Source of the DNA: a bacterium | GTDB taxonomy: Bacteria > Patescibacteriota > Minisyncoccia > Phycocordibacterales > UBA9973 | NCBI GenBank assembly: GCA_021824345.1 | Contig: JAKAKW010000004.1 | Location: forward strand, 11,019 to 75,018 | Direction: 5' to 3' | DNA length: 64,000 nucleotides | In this document: piece after piece, positions 1-9,492 of the stretch | Layout: each line of letters begins with the position of its first letter | Numbering within the stretch: position 1 is the first letter of the stretch | Notes under the pieces: model-generated | Told to the model about the DNA's origin: nothing | The model's database searches: none | Seen by the model: only the letters and a program-made list of their open reading frames with translations | Position numbers and translations under genes: made by a program

Positions 1-1023
1 GACTATGTTTCCGAACTAGCATTCGGGGAGAATGGAGGAAACATGGACGAGATCCTGGACGAAGCGGAGCATAAGGTTTTCAGTATTGTTTCCTCCCCTA
101 TCAATCAGAAATTCATAACCATTAAGGATGCCTTGCCGGAAGCCTTTGAGCGCATAGAAAAATTGCACGAGCACAAGGGAGATATCCGCGGACTCTCCAC
201 CGGATTCCGCGATTTAGACAATACTCTTTCCGGCCTGCAGAATTCCGATTTGGTAATTTTGGCCGCCCGGCCTTCCATGGGAAAAACCACTTTGGCCTTG
301 GACATCGCCCGGCTGGCCGCCACCATACACAAGAAATCCGTCGGCATATTCTCTCTGGAAATGTCCGCCCAGCAATTGATTGATCGTATGCTTTCCGCCG
401 AATCTAGAGTGGATGCTTGGAAAATACGCACCGGGAAAAATCTGCATATTGAAAGCGACTTTGGACGCATCCGAGATGCCATGCATAGGCTTTCCCAATC
501 CAATATTTACATAGACGACCAGGCCGGAAACTCCATCATCCGAATGAAGGCGGCCGCCAGGCGCTGGAAGGCTGAAAAGGGCCTGGATCTCATCGTGGTG
601 GACTATCTCCAGCTCATGAGCACCTCCAAGAGCTATGACTCGATGGTGAACCAAGTTACGGATATTTCCCGCTCACTGAAAGCCCTGGCCAAGGAGCTGG
701 ACGTGCCGGTGCTCGCCCTTTCCCAGCTTTCTCGAGCGGTTGAGTCACGCGGAGGCAAGCCCAGGCTTTCAGACCTTCGCGATTCCGGATCAATTGAACA
801 GGATGCGGACGTGGTGATGTTCATTCATCGCCCGGACTTCGGCAAGGACGAATCGGAAAAGACGAACATCGCTGAAATCCTGATTGAAAAGCACCGCAAC
901 GGTCCGACCGGAAAAGTAGAGTTGTATTTTGACGAGAAGACCACCACTTTCCTGAATATTGAAAAAAGCAATTTGAACGAGTTCGCCGCTCCGAGCGCGG
1001 GCGCGGGGTTGGAAGAATTTTAA
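1..1023 (+). CDS. dnaB: Replicative DNA helicase DnaB, C-terminal RecA-like ATPase domain; 5' partial, frame open to window edge
   Basis: Translation has Walker A 'ARPSMGKTTLALDIA', 'LIVVDYLQLM', 'GSIEQDADVV' and the Arg-finger region typical of DnaB. There is no stop between position 1 and the listed ATG at 43; TAA stop at 1021-1023. Confidence 0.85.
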   Translation, partial: DYVSELAFGENGGNMDEILDEAEHKVFSIVSSPINQKFITIKDALPEAFERIEKLHEHKGDIRGLSTGFRDLDNTLSGLQNSDLVILAARPSMGKTTLALDIARLAATIHKKSVGIFSLEMSAQQLIDRMLSAESRVDAWKIRTGKNLHIESDFGRIRDAMHRLSQSNIYIDDQAGNSIIRMKAAARRWKAEKGLDLIVVDYLQLMSTSKSYDSMVNQVTDISRSLKALAKELDVPVLALSQLSRAVESRGGKPRLSDLRDSGSIEQDADVVMFIHRPDFGKDESEKTNIAEILIEKHRNGPTGKVELYFDEKTTTFLNIEKSNLNEFAAPSAGAGLEEF

Positions 1024-1038
1024 ATACGTCGCAAGGGA

Positions 1039-1076
1039 GGGCCTTGCTTCCGAAAGGAAGCAAGGCCCTATTTTTA
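1039..1076 (+). terminator. Rho-independent terminator hairpin after dnaB: 13-bp stem GGGCCTTGCTTCC/GGAAGCAAGGCCC, GAAA loop, T-run
   Basis: Perfect inverted repeat followed by ATTTTTAT directly after the dnaB stop. It overlaps the longer upstream-extended recR ORF, which argues that recR starts at the downstream ATG. Confidence 0.7.
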
Positions 1077-1097
1077 TGGTATGATATCCTTAATATC

Positions 1098-1775
1098 ATG
1101 GACACCGCGGACAAGCTGGCAGAAATATTCAAGGAGTTTCCGGGAATCGGAGAACGGCAGGCGCGCAGGTTCGTGTATTTCTTGATGGCCAGAAATCCCG
1201 CCTATGTGGAAGGCCTCGCCAAACTGCTTTCCGAACTAAAAAAGGAAACAAGGCGTTGCAAAGAATGCTTCCGCTTCTTTGCAGACAACCCGCGCCGTTC
1301 CCCCGCCGCAAAGAGCGTGGAAATCTGCGAATTGTGCTCCGATCCGAACGCGGACCCGGAGCTTCTAATGGTGGTTGAAAAAGATTCGGACCTTGAAAGC
1401 ATCCGAAAAAGCGGAACTTACGGAGGAAAATATTTCGTGCTGGGCGGGCTGGTGCCCATAGTGGAAAAGGATACTCCGAAATTCGTGCGGATAAAGGAGC
1501 TGAAGGAAAGAATGTCGAGAAAGTGGGAGGCCTTGCCTCCCACGGGTGGGAGGCAAGGCCTCCCACGGGGTAATTCCCTGAAAGAGGTAATCCTGGCCTT
1601 TTCCCTTTCCCCTCAGGGCGATCACACTGATTTTTACATAAGAAACGAGCTGAAGGAATCAGCGGAAAAATTCGGCATAAAAATTTCCTCGCTCGGCCGG
1701 GGGCTCTCCACAGGCACCGAGCTCGAATATTCTGACAATGATACAATAAAGAACGCGCTGAAGAACAGGCAGTAG
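1098..1775 (+). CDS. recR: Recombination protein RecR, carrying an in-frame palindromic-repeat insertion
   Basis: HhH motif 'EFPGIGERQARR', C4 zinc finger 'CKECFRF...CELC', Toprim 'LLMVVEKDSDLESI' and RecR C-terminus '...GTELEYSDNDTIKNAL'. Start chosen at ATG 1098 (MDTADKLAE), downstream of the terminator hairpin. Confidence 0.85.
   Translation: MDTADKLAEIFKEFPGIGERQARRFVYFLMARNPAYVEGLAKLLSELKKETRRCKECFRFFADNPRRSPAAKSVEICELCSDPNADPELLMVVEKDSDLESIRKSGTYGGKYFVLGGLVPIVEKDTPKFVRIKELKERMSRKWEALPPTGGRQGLPRGNSLKEVILAFSLSPQGDHTDFYIRNELKESAEKFGIKISSLGRGLSTGTELEYSDNDTIKNALKNRQ
1523..1566. repeat. Two abutting copies of palindromic hairpin repeat family 1 (GTGGGAGGCCTTGCCTCCCAC and GTGGGAGGCAAGGCCTCCCAC) inside the recR coding frame
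   Basis: Each copy has a 9-bp perfect stem GTGGGAGGC/GCCTCCCAC with a 3-nt loop. The two copies differ only in the loop (CTT versus AAG) and are separated by GG. They translate in frame as 'KWEALPPTGGRQGLPRGNS'. The same hairpin recurs intergenically at 47697-47717. Confidence 0.85.
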
Positions 1776-1783
1776 CGCTGAAA

Positions 1784-3052
1784 ATGCTGGAACATATTTT
1801 AAGGAAGTTCAAGACTGATGACGTATCGCGCGGAGCCAAGGTTTTAACGGCCGCCACGGCCATCCGCTGGATAGGCTGGGGCTTTGCGGAAAACCTTATC
1901 CCGGTTTTTATTTTTTCCTTTTCGGCAAATTACGCTCAAGCCGGACTGCTGAAGTCGTCTTATGACCTCACTCTTATTTTAATCATGCCAATTCTCGGAA
2001 TCCTTGCCGATCGTTTTCGGGCATCCACTTTGATCCTGATCGGATATGCAATATACATTATCACCGGTTTCAGTTATCTTTTTGCCGGCATTACCGGTTT
2101 GGCTCTTTTTATCATCCTGGCGCGGGTATCCAACGCCTTCGGCTACGGCCTGGACGGAGTGGGCCGAGACGCATATTACCGGCGCAGTAATCCTCCTTCA
2201 AAGCTCGCCACCGTTTTCGGATATTTTGACAGCATCTCCAATTTCTGGTGGATAGCCGCTTCTCTGGTTGGAATATTTTTGCTGAAATATTTTTCCATAC
2301 CTTGGCTTTTGTTTATGATAGTGCCGACGGTTATGATTTCATTCTGGGTTGTATGGAAATGGAGGAAGAAAGGAGAAGAAGTGAAGACCGTCCCGGTCAA
2401 GCGAAAGCTGAATTACCGGGAGGTGCTCAAGGAGTTCGGGACTTGGAATTACGAGCTTCGGATGATCATGGTGCTGAATTTTTTCCTGATGATGAGCTGG
2501 GCGGTAATCGGATTTTTCCTGCCAATACAAATGTTTACCGAAGGGGCGGGTTATACCGTGATAATTCTGTTCGGGGTATTCACCACTGTTCCTTTTCTTT
2601 TCGGCCTGCTTTGGGGAAAATTTTTCGACAAAAAGGGGCCGCGGGTTTTCATATACGGCCTGCTTTCATACAGCGTACTTTTGTTCTTGCTGAGCGTATA
2701 CAAATCATATTTCCTTGTTATCACTTTCGCGACGCTCATCAGCATTATTCAGGAATTTGTATCCGTCGGAAAGGAAGAATTGATCACGGTTTATGCCGAC
2801 CCGGAGCACTTCGGCCGAGTGGACGGATTGATGCGCAGCGTCATGAATATGGGCACAATGATTGGACCGCTTCTTGCGGGAGTGATAATTGACGCTACCG
2901 GCGGAGAGAAAACTGTGTTTCTGGGACTATCAGCATGTATGATGATACTGACCTTGGGTTTTGCATTGGAAGGCAGGCGCCTGCATATGCGCAAGCTGAA
3001 GGCGGCAGCCTCTATTCCCGTCTTTCCTGAAAGCCGGGCGGGAGGAGAATAA
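1784..3052 (+). CDS. Major facilitator superfamily (MFS) transporter
   Basis: 422-aa polytopic membrane protein with about 12 hydrophobic segments and an MFS-like loop motif 'GILADRFR'. Confidence 0.6.
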   Translation: MLEHILRKFKTDDVSRGAKVLTAATAIRWIGWGFAENLIPVFIFSFSANYAQAGLLKSSYDLTLILIMPILGILADRFRASTLILIGYAIYIITGFSYLFAGITGLALFIILARVSNAFGYGLDGVGRDAYYRRSNPPSKLATVFGYFDSISNFWWIAASLVGIFLLKYFSIPWLLFMIVPTVMISFWVVWKWRKKGEEVKTVPVKRKLNYREVLKEFGTWNYELRMIMVLNFFLMMSWAVIGFFLPIQMFTEGAGYTVIILFGVFTTVPFLFGLLWGKFFDKKGPRVFIYGLLSYSVLLFLLSVYKSYFLVITFATLISIIQEFVSVGKEELITVYADPEHFGRVDGLMRSVMNMGTMIGPLLAGVIIDATGGEKTVFLGLSACMMILTLGFALEGRRLHMRKLKAAASIPVFPESRAGGE

Positions 3053-3100
3053 AATATATTTATCAAGAAAGGCATTCCGCCTGATTTACCGCACTCATAC

Positions 3101-3128
3101 AAAAAAATCCGGCTGGCCGGATTTTTTT
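3101..3128. terminator. Bidirectional intrinsic terminator between the convergent MFS gene and rplU
   Basis: AAAAAAATCCGGC-TG-GCCGGATTTTTTT: a 7-bp stem flanked by an A7 run and a T7 run, so it can terminate either strand. Confidence 0.7.
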
Positions 3129-3134
3129 GTATGT

Positions 3135-3473
3135 TTATTTAATAGAAGTAATCTTCACCTTGAAGTACGGCTGGCGGTGCTGATTGCGTTTCAGATAGCG
3201 GGACTTTTGCTTGTATTTCATCACCAGCACTTTTCTGGTGCGGCCTATTTCCGCAATTTCCGCCTCCACCTTCGCGCCATCAATATAGGGAGTGCCGATA
3301 GTGGTATTCTTTCCGTCGTCCACCAAGAGGACCTTGTCAAACAGCACTTTGTCCCCTTTCTTGTATTCCTCGTTTTTCGGCGAAGCGGAAGCCTTTATTT
3401 TTTCAATAGAAAAAACGTCCCCTTCCGAGACTTTGTACTGTTTTCCGCCCGTTTGTATGACCGCGAATTCCAT
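3135..3473 (-). CDS. rplU: 50S ribosomal protein L21
   Basis: 'MEFAVIQTGGKQYKVSEGDV...' and the C-terminal 'RNQHRQPYFKVKI' match the L21 signature. Confidence 0.9.
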   Translation of the reverse strand: MEFAVIQTGGKQYKVSEGDVFSIEKIKASASPKNEEYKKGDKVLFDKVLLVDDGKNTTIGTPYIDGAKVEAEIAEIGRTRKVLVMKYKQKSRYLKRNQHRQPYFKVKITSIK

Positions 3474-3530
3474 ACTTCGGATATTACCCTATACTTTGCA
3501 AAAAAGCAAGATTATCTATATAATTTCCTT

Positions 3531-4550
3531 ATGCACGGGAAAAACACTGAACGGTATTTTTTCTTCGGCCTGCTTGTGGCAACCGTCATTTTTACCTTTT
3601 TCATCTTCCAGCCCTTCTGGATAGTAATTGTCCTGGGCGCGTGCTTTGCGGTGGTCCTGCGGCCGGTTTACGAGATGTTCCGAAAAGTAAAGTTTCCGTC
3701 CTGGCTCTCTTCGCTCCTGACTGTAATTCTTTTTACCATACTGATTTGCGGACCGCTTTTCGGCCTATCCGTAATCATTTTCAACCAGTCCCAAAGCCTG
3801 TACAGCAGCCTGGTGCACGGCGGAGGAGCTTCTTTCCTAGATTCATTGAATCGCTCTATTCAGGAAGTCTTGCCGCATGGAGTAAATCTTGATTTGAACC
3901 AGAAAGCGAACGATCTTGTGGGAGTATTGTCCAATAATCTGGGAGAAATATTCAGTACCACCCTTTCCACCATTTTCTCGTTTATCCTCACCCTGCTCGC
4001 CGTTTTTTACTTTTTGAAAGACGGGGCGGAATGGAAAAGGTCCATTGTAAACTTAAGCCCCCTTTCGGACTCGGACAACCTTAAAATAATAGACAAGCTT
4101 TCACATGCCATAAAGGGAGTGATTCTTGGGTATCTTTTCGTAGCCGCGGTGCAAGGCACCCTCATGGGAATCGGTTTGACTATTTTCGGAGTTCCCAGCC
4201 CCGCCTTGTGGGGAGTTGTGGCGGCAATCGGATCCCTTACCCCCACCCTGGGTACCGCCATAGTTTCCATTCCCGCCGTAATTTATCTTCTGGCCACAGG
4301 GCACCCGGCCATGGCCATAGGGCTGGCCATCTGGTCCACTATCATAGTCGGAACCATAGACAACCTGCTGAACCCGTACATCGTGGGAAATCGCATCAAT
4401 ATTCCGCCATTCCTTATATTATTCTCGGTTCTGGGCGGAGCGGCCCTCCTCGGGCCGGTAGGCATTCTGATCGGCCCGCTTTCCGTAAGCTTGCTCTACA
4501 TACTTGTTTCCATTTATCGAGACGAGTTTCAAAAACAAAATGCCGATTAA
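3531..4550 (+). CDS. AI-2E family transporter (PerM/UPF0118-like)
   Basis: The listed long ORF (3177-4550) overlaps rplU on the opposite strand, so it is trimmed to ATG 3531 (MHGKNTERYFF). About 8 TM segments and a C-terminal G/P-rich 'GVPSPALWGVVAAIGSLTPTLGTAIVSIPAVIY' region typical of AI-2E proteins. Confidence 0.6.
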   Translation: MHGKNTERYFFFGLLVATVIFTFFIFQPFWIVIVLGACFAVVLRPVYEMFRKVKFPSWLSSLLTVILFTILICGPLFGLSVIIFNQSQSLYSSLVHGGGASFLDSLNRSIQEVLPHGVNLDLNQKANDLVGVLSNNLGEIFSTTLSTIFSFILTLLAVFYFLKDGAEWKRSIVNLSPLSDSDNLKIIDKLSHAIKGVILGYLFVAAVQGTLMGIGLTIFGVPSPALWGVVAAIGSLTPTLGTAIVSIPAVIYLLATGHPAMAIGLAIWSTIIVGTIDNLLNPYIVGNRINIPPFLILFSVLGGAALLGPVGILIGPLSVSLLYILVSIYRDEFQKQNAD

Positions 4551-5898
4551 ATTTTTCAACACCCTGGGGAGAAAGAAAGAAGTTTTTGAACCCATCGATC
4601 CGAAAGAGGTCCGAATGTACACCTGCGGACCTACGGTGTACAACTATCCGCACATAGGAAACTACCGAGCGTATACTTTCGCGGACATAATTAAGAGAGT
4701 TTTGACGTACGAGGGATACAAAGTGAAGCAGATAATGAACTTGACCGACGTGGACGACAAGACCATCCGCGACTCGCAGAAAGAAGGAAAACCCCTCAAG
4801 GAATTTACCGAGTTTTACACCGAGGAGTTTTACAAGGATGAAAAAATGATGAACATTCTCCCCGCCTCAAAATTTACCAGGGCAACCGATTTCATAAGGG
4901 AAATGGTTGAGATAATCCAAAAGCTGTTGGACAAGGGGTTGGCATACAAAAGCGAGGACGGAAGCATATATTTCGACATCAGAAAATTCAAAAATTACGG
5001 AAAATTGTCGGGCGCGGTACTGGCAGAACAGAAGGAAAATGCCTCCGGGCGAATAAAATCCGACGAGTATGAAAAAGACAACATGCAGGATTTCGCCTTG
5101 TGGAAAGCGTGGGATGAAGGCGACGGGAACGTGTTTTGGGAGACAAAGCTCGGCAAAGGCAGGCCGGGATGGCATATAGAATGTTCGGCTATGTCCATGG
5201 CGAACTTGGGCGAGCAGATTGATATTCATACCGGCGGAGTGGACAACATGTTTCCTCACCATGAAAACGAGATCGCCCAATCTGAAGGCGCCACCGGAAA
5301 AAGCCCTTTTGTGAAATACTGGATGCACAACGAGTGGGTCCTGGTAGACAAGAAAAAAATGGCCAAATCCTTTAAGAATTTTTATACCTTGAGGGATCTA
5401 TCGGAGAAAGGTATAAATCCTCTGGCCTATCGCTTATGGCTTTTAATGGCTCACTACAGAAGCAAGGCTAATTTCACCTGGGATGCCCTGGAAGGCGCGG
5501 AAACGGCCCTCAGTCGGCTATATAGACAATATTTGGACCTAGGCGAGGATAATGGTTCCGTCAACGAGGCATACAAGCAAAAATTCAAAGAATACCTTGA
5601 GGATGATCTGGATACGCCCAGAGCGCTTACGGTGGTTTGGGATCTTTTGAAGGACGAGAAAGTTTCCCCCGCCAACAAGCGCTCCACTTTGCTCGATTTT
5701 GATAAGGTACTTGGGCTCGGTTTGGCGGAACTGAAGGAAGAAGAGGTGCCGGATGAAATTACAAAACTGGCCAAAGAACGCGAGATTGCCCGCAAGAACA
5801 AGGACTTTAAAAAGTCGGACGATTTACGAGAGAAAATAAAACAGTTGGGCTACGAGGTAAAAGACATAGAAGGGGGATATAAAATAAGCAAGCTATAA
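4540..5898 (+). CDS. cysS: Cysteinyl-tRNA synthetase
   Basis: 'CGPTVYNYPHIGN' (HIGH motif) and 'KMAKSFKN' (KMSKS motif); the zinc-binding Cys and Cys-recognition residues are present. Start at ATG 4540 (MPIKFFN), overlapping the upstream transporter by 11 nt. Confidence 0.9.
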   Translation: MPIKFFNTLGRKKEVFEPIDPKEVRMYTCGPTVYNYPHIGNYRAYTFADIIKRVLTYEGYKVKQIMNLTDVDDKTIRDSQKEGKPLKEFTEFYTEEFYKDEKMMNILPASKFTRATDFIREMVEIIQKLLDKGLAYKSEDGSIYFDIRKFKNYGKLSGAVLAEQKENASGRIKSDEYEKDNMQDFALWKAWDEGDGNVFWETKLGKGRPGWHIECSAMSMANLGEQIDIHTGGVDNMFPHHENEIAQSEGATGKSPFVKYWMHNEWVLVDKKKMAKSFKNFYTLRDLSEKGINPLAYRLWLLMAHYRSKANFTWDALEGAETALSRLYRQYLDLGEDNGSVNEAYKQKFKEYLEDDLDTPRALTVVWDLLKDEKVSPANKRSTLLDFDKVLGLGLAELKEEEVPDEITKLAKEREIARKNKDFKKSDDLREKIKQLGYEVKDIEGGYKISKL

Positions 5899-5903
5899 TA
5901 ATT

Positions 5904-6785
5904 ATGACCCAAGGAATAATAAACACAGAGAATATTGATGAGGCGGACGTTGTGCTCCTGGAAGCCCCGTATGAAAAAACGGCCTCCTCGCACAAAGGCA
6001 CCGCACAGGGACCTGAGAAGGTAACGGAGATGCTGGACACCCAGCTTGAATTTTTCAGCCGGAAATTCAAGACAAATGTCAATGAACATGTGAAGATTGC
6101 CAAAATGAACGCGGGCGACTTGGAAAAGCTTTCTCCCGAAGAAACTCTGGCCGTTGTCAAAAAGGCGTACTCGGAACTTTTAAAAAATGAAAAATTTGTT
6201 TTTCTTCTTGGAGGAGAGCATTCCGTTTCCATCGGCGCTTTTCAATCGCTCGCCGAGAAATACAAGCCTGAAGACGTGACCATACTGCAGATAGACGCGC
6301 ACTGCGATTTGCGCCAGGATGACAGCGATTACAGCGAGAACCCGTCTTCCCTCGCCCATTCCACCGTGATGAGGCATGCGAGCGGACTCGGATTTCCAAT
6401 CGTACAGGCCGGCATCCGCACCTATTCCAAAGAAGAATACGAGTATTTCAGCGATCCGAAAAACAAGGTCGCCGTTTTTGAATGGGAGCTTGAAAGAATT
6501 CCGGTGGAAAAGATATTGGACGCAATTAAAACTAAATATTTATACATTACGGTAGATGTGGACGGGTTTGATCCCGCTTATATGCCCGGCACCGGCACGC
6601 CGGTGCCGGGCGGCCTCGCCTGGTACTACGGCCTTGATTTGCTTGAGAAAGCAGCGGAAAAATGCGAGCTTATCGGCGCTGATATCGTGGAAGTTTCCCC
6701 ACAGCCTGATACCGTGCTCACCGAATACGGCGCAGCCGAACTCTGCTACCGCATCATCGCCGAAAAATTCAGAGACCGCTTTTAA
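5904..6785 (+). CDS. Arginase/agmatinase-family ureohydrolase
   Basis: Mn-binding motifs of the arginase fold: 'GGEHSVS', 'DAHCD', 'DVDGFDPAYMPGTGTPVPGGL'. Confidence 0.8.
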   Translation: MTQGIINTENIDEADVVLLEAPYEKTASSHKGTAQGPEKVTEMLDTQLEFFSRKFKTNVNEHVKIAKMNAGDLEKLSPEETLAVVKKAYSELLKNEKFVFLLGGEHSVSIGAFQSLAEKYKPEDVTILQIDAHCDLRQDDSDYSENPSSLAHSTVMRHASGLGFPIVQAGIRTYSKEEYEYFSDPKNKVAVFEWELERIPVEKILDAIKTKYLYITVDVDGFDPAYMPGTGTPVPGGLAWYYGLDLLEKAAEKCELIGADIVEVSPQPDTVLTEYGAAELCYRIIAEKFRDRF

Positions 6786-6790
6786 AAAAT

Positions 6791-7903
6791 CTAGATTCCT
6801 TCTTCTTTTAGTTTTTCCACCAGTTCTTTTTCTTTCCGAGAAAGCTTGTTCGGCATGTTTATATTAAGCTTAATAAGCAGGTCTCCCCGCTTCTTGCCCC
6901 CCATGGGGACTCCCTTGCCCTTTATCCGAAGAATTTCATTTATAGATACGCCCTCGGGAACTTTTACGCTGATCTTTCCGTCCAGGGCGTCAATCTCCCG
7001 TTCAGTGCCAAGCAGAGCGTCGGAAAGCTTCAGATCTAAATTCATTACAAGATTGTTTCCTTCACGCCTAAAAATCGGATGCGGAGCAACATTTATTTTT
7101 ACATACAGGTCTCCGGGTGTTCCTTTTGACACCGCTTCCCCCATGCCGGAAAGGCGCATCATTTCTCCGTCGCGGATTCCGGCCGGTATATTCAAGGATA
7201 TTTCCGTTTCATTGCGAACCACTCCGCTGCCTTTGCAGTCGGAGCATTTTTCCGCCGGGACTTTGCCGCTGCCGCCGCAATCTTCGCATACTTTTGTAGT
7301 GGAAAAAGCGCCCAGGAACGATCTTCTGGTTTCGTGAATTTTCCCCTGGCCGTTGCAATGCTTGCAAGTTTCCATCTTGGTCCCAGGCTTCCCGCCGGTT
7401 CCTTGGCAGGTTTTACAGACGGATGTCTTGGTCATCAAAAATTTCCTGGTAGTGCCGAAAACGGAATCGCTGAAAGTAATTTCCATCTCGGTGGAAATAT
7501 CCCTGCCTCTTTTGCTCCCGCCCCTCTGACGTCCCATTCCCCCGCCGAAAAATTCTCCGAAAATGTCATTCAAATTGCCAAAGTCGAATTCCACTCCTCC
7601 GTTGCCGAATCCGGCGTTCTGAAAACCGGAAAAATCAAAACCGCCGAAGCCTCCCGGCCCGTATTGGCCTCCGGCCTGCCCCTGGCGCATGTTTTCAAAA
7701 CCGGGCCCGAACTGATCGTAATTCTGCCGTTTCTGGTCATCGGAAAGCACCTGGTAGGCTTCGTTCACTTCTTTAAACTTGCTCTCATCTCCTCCCTTTT
7801 TGTCGGGATGGTATTTGTGCGCCAATTTGTAAAACGCTTTTTTGATATCGTCCTTGGAAGCGCTTTTTTCAACGCCTAAAATTTTGTAGTAATCTTTTCC
7901 CAT
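6791..7903 (-). CDS. dnaJ: Chaperone DnaJ (Hsp40)
   Basis: J-domain 'DYYKILGV...HPD', G/F-rich region and four CxxCxGxG repeats ([32 protein letters not shown]). Confidence 0.92.
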   Translation of the reverse strand: MGKDYYKILGVEKSASKDDIKKAFYKLAHKYHPDKKGGDESKFKEVNEAYQVLSDDQKRQNYDQFGPGFENMRQGQAGGQYGPGGFGGFDFSGFQNAGFGNGGVEFDFGNLNDIFGEFFGGGMGRQRGGSKRGRDISTEMEITFSDSVFGTTRKFLMTKTSVCKTCQGTGGKPGTKMETCKHCNGQGKIHETRRSFLGAFSTTKVCEDCGGSGKVPAEKCSDCKGSGVVRNETEISLNIPAGIRDGEMMRLSGMGEAVSKGTPGDLYVKINVAPHPIFRREGNNLVMNLDLKLSDALLGTEREIDALDGKISVKVPEGVSINEILRIKGKGVPMGGKKRGDLLIKLNINMPNKLSRKEKELVEKLKEEGI

Positions 7904-7941
7904 AGTGGAACTATTATACTTACGACCCGCTTGCGGTCAAG

Positions 7942-9393
7942 TTAGATCATAGGCTCGGCTTCCTGGACTGGTTTGACGGCCTCTCCGGGCTTTTTGCCTT
8001 CAATTATGGCCTTTTCCTCGGCGCTGCGTATAATGGTGGCCTCTTCCTCGGCAATAAGCTTGGCAGCATCTTCTTTGGATATGGTGTATTTCCGCCTGGA
8101 AGCTTCCACTATCTCATTCCTATACGACGGATGGGTGGGAGGCAGGACTTTCAGGGATTCCGCGGAGAAAGGGTCGTATGACTCGCCGTCTATGGTCATT
8201 TTTATGAAAAATTCGGTAATGGCCAGGTTGATCATGTCTTTGATGTCGAAGACGGGCGCAAACTCAGGCTTCATTTTTACCGCGTCCTCGCCGCCGATGC
8301 GGAAGGAAATAATGCTCCCGCAATTACCGAGTACGGCGTGATGCACCCGCTCAATGATCTGCCCCACGAATTGGTGGGCGATGGTAAGGCACAGGCCGTA
8401 TTTGCGCGCTTCCGACAGAATGTTTTCAAAAGTCTGGGTCACCACGTTCTGGAACTCGTCCACGTACAGATAGAAATCGGTGCGCTTGTCTTCCGGTATG
8501 CTCGCGCGTTCCATTCCAGCTTGCTTGATTTTGGTCAGGAAAATGGACCCAAGGAATGAAGAGTTTTCTTCGCCCAGCCGGCCTTTGGAAAGATTGATCA
8601 GAATTATTTTCTTTTCTTCCATCAGCTTATGAATATCAATTTTGTTCTGCTTCTGTCCGAAAATATTGCGCAGAAGCGGATCGGAAAGAAATTGTCCGAG
8701 CTTGTTCACCAGCGGGATGATGGCGTCGGTATCGAATTTTTCCGACCAGTCGGCGAATTCAATGGCAAAGAATCTTTTTACCATATCGTCGGTGATATAT
8801 TCCACCACTTTCTGGCGGTAGTTTCGGTCCGTGAGCATGGAAATCATTCCGCGCATGGTGGCATGCGGATAGTCCAGAAGCGCGAGGCAGGTAAAGCGGA
8901 AGACGTGCTCCAAGCGCGGGGTCCAACTGGCTCCGAACTGCTTTTGAAAGACTTCTATCAGTCCCTGGGTCAATTGGAACTTGAACATCGGATCCACGTT
9001 TTGCAGAGGATTAAAGGAAGCAGGGTGTTCAAGATCGGTCGGATCAATAATGCATACGTCTTCCATGCGCTCTTTGGGGATATAGTCCAGCATGGCTTCT
9101 ATGACGTCTCCGTGCGGGTCAATAAGGCACAGGCCGTGGCCATAAGTCACGTCCTGGCGCAAAAGGAGCTCCATGAGCTTGGTCTTCCCAACTCCGGATT
9201 TGCCGATGATATAAAGATGCCGCCTGCGGTCTACTCGCTTGATGCCGAAAATAAATTTCTTCTCTTCAAGCGCGGCCACGTAATTGGTACGCCCTATAAA
9301 GGAAACTTCAGCCGGATCAATCCTGCCAAATACCGGGAGCTCCGGCGGCGGGGGGGCGTATTTGATTATCTGTACTCGATTGCCTCTGGGCAT
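7942..9393 (-). CDS. FtsK/HerA-superfamily P-loop ATPase (DUF87/HerA-like or T4SS coupling-protein-like), copy 1
   Basis: Walker A 'IIGKSGVGKTKL' followed by 'LIDPHGD'; Walker B 'FYLYVDEFQN'; 'LTIAHQ' sensor-like motif. Paralogous over its whole length to 20010-22241. Confidence 0.6.
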   Translation of the reverse strand: MPRGNRVQIIKYAPPPPELPVFGRIDPAEVSFIGRTNYVAALEEKKFIFGIKRVDRRRHLYIIGKSGVGKTKLMELLLRQDVTYGHGLCLIDPHGDVIEAMLDYIPKERMEDVCIIDPTDLEHPASFNPLQNVDPMFKFQLTQGLIEVFQKQFGASWTPRLEHVFRFTCLALLDYPHATMRGMISMLTDRNYRQKVVEYITDDMVKRFFAIEFADWSEKFDTDAIIPLVNKLGQFLSDPLLRNIFGQKQNKIDIHKLMEEKKIILINLSKGRLGEENSSFLGSIFLTKIKQAGMERASIPEDKRTDFYLYVDEFQNVVTQTFENILSEARKYGLCLTIAHQFVGQIIERVHHAVLGNCGSIISFRIGGEDAVKMKPEFAPVFDIKDMINLAITEFFIKMTIDGESYDPFSAESLKVLPPTHPSYRNEIVEASRRKYTISKEDAAKLIAEEEATIIRSAEEKAIIEGKKPGEAVKPVQEAEPMI

Positions 9394-9401
9394 ATAATCT
9401 T

Positions 9402-9410
9402 ATTTTACCA
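9402..9410 (-). promoter_or_regulatory. Extended -10 element TGGTAAAAT, 8 nt upstream of the ATPase copy-1 ATG (candidate leaderless promoter)
   Basis: The minus strand reads ...TGGTAAAATaagattatATG. The same TGGTAAAGT box sits at the same spacing before two family-gene starts (14737-14745 and 33613-33621). Confidence 0.4.
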
Positions 9411-9430
9411 TTATTCCCATTATTTTTATA

Positions 9431-9453
9431 GGGCGGAGGGTTACCCTCAGCCC
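9431..9453. repeat. Palindromic hairpin repeat family 2 (GGGCGGAGGGTTACCCTCAGCCC) between array A and ATPase copy 1
   Basis: Inverted repeat GGGCGGAGGG/CCCTC(A)GCCC. Related copies lie at 14765, 33641, 44638 and 54594/54625. Confidence 0.7.
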
Positions 9454-9492
9454 TTACCTTTCTACCTCAAAGTCTGCTTAGTTTTGCCGAAA

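Noticed and set aside
105-654. Antisense ORFs 105-503 and 214-654 inside dnaB
   Set aside because: They lie opposite a strongly recognisable DnaB reading frame. Low-complexity translations are typical of antisense artefacts. Similar shadow ORFs were rejected at 1129-1863 (versus recR), 2248-2892 (versus MFS), 7334-7879 (versus dnaJ), 8629-9720, 20457-21308 and 21606-22208 (versus the ATPases), 22984-23832 and 23466-23996 (versus dnaK), 41533-42441 (versus alaS), 52719-53281 (versus clpB), 38247-38666 (versus rpmJ/infA) and 48022-48693.
3177-3530. 5' extension of the AI-2E transporter ORF (the listed ORF starts at 3177)
   Set aside because: The first 300 nt overlap rplU on the other strand and translate to non-membrane sequence. 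The first hydrophobic segment follows ATG 3531.
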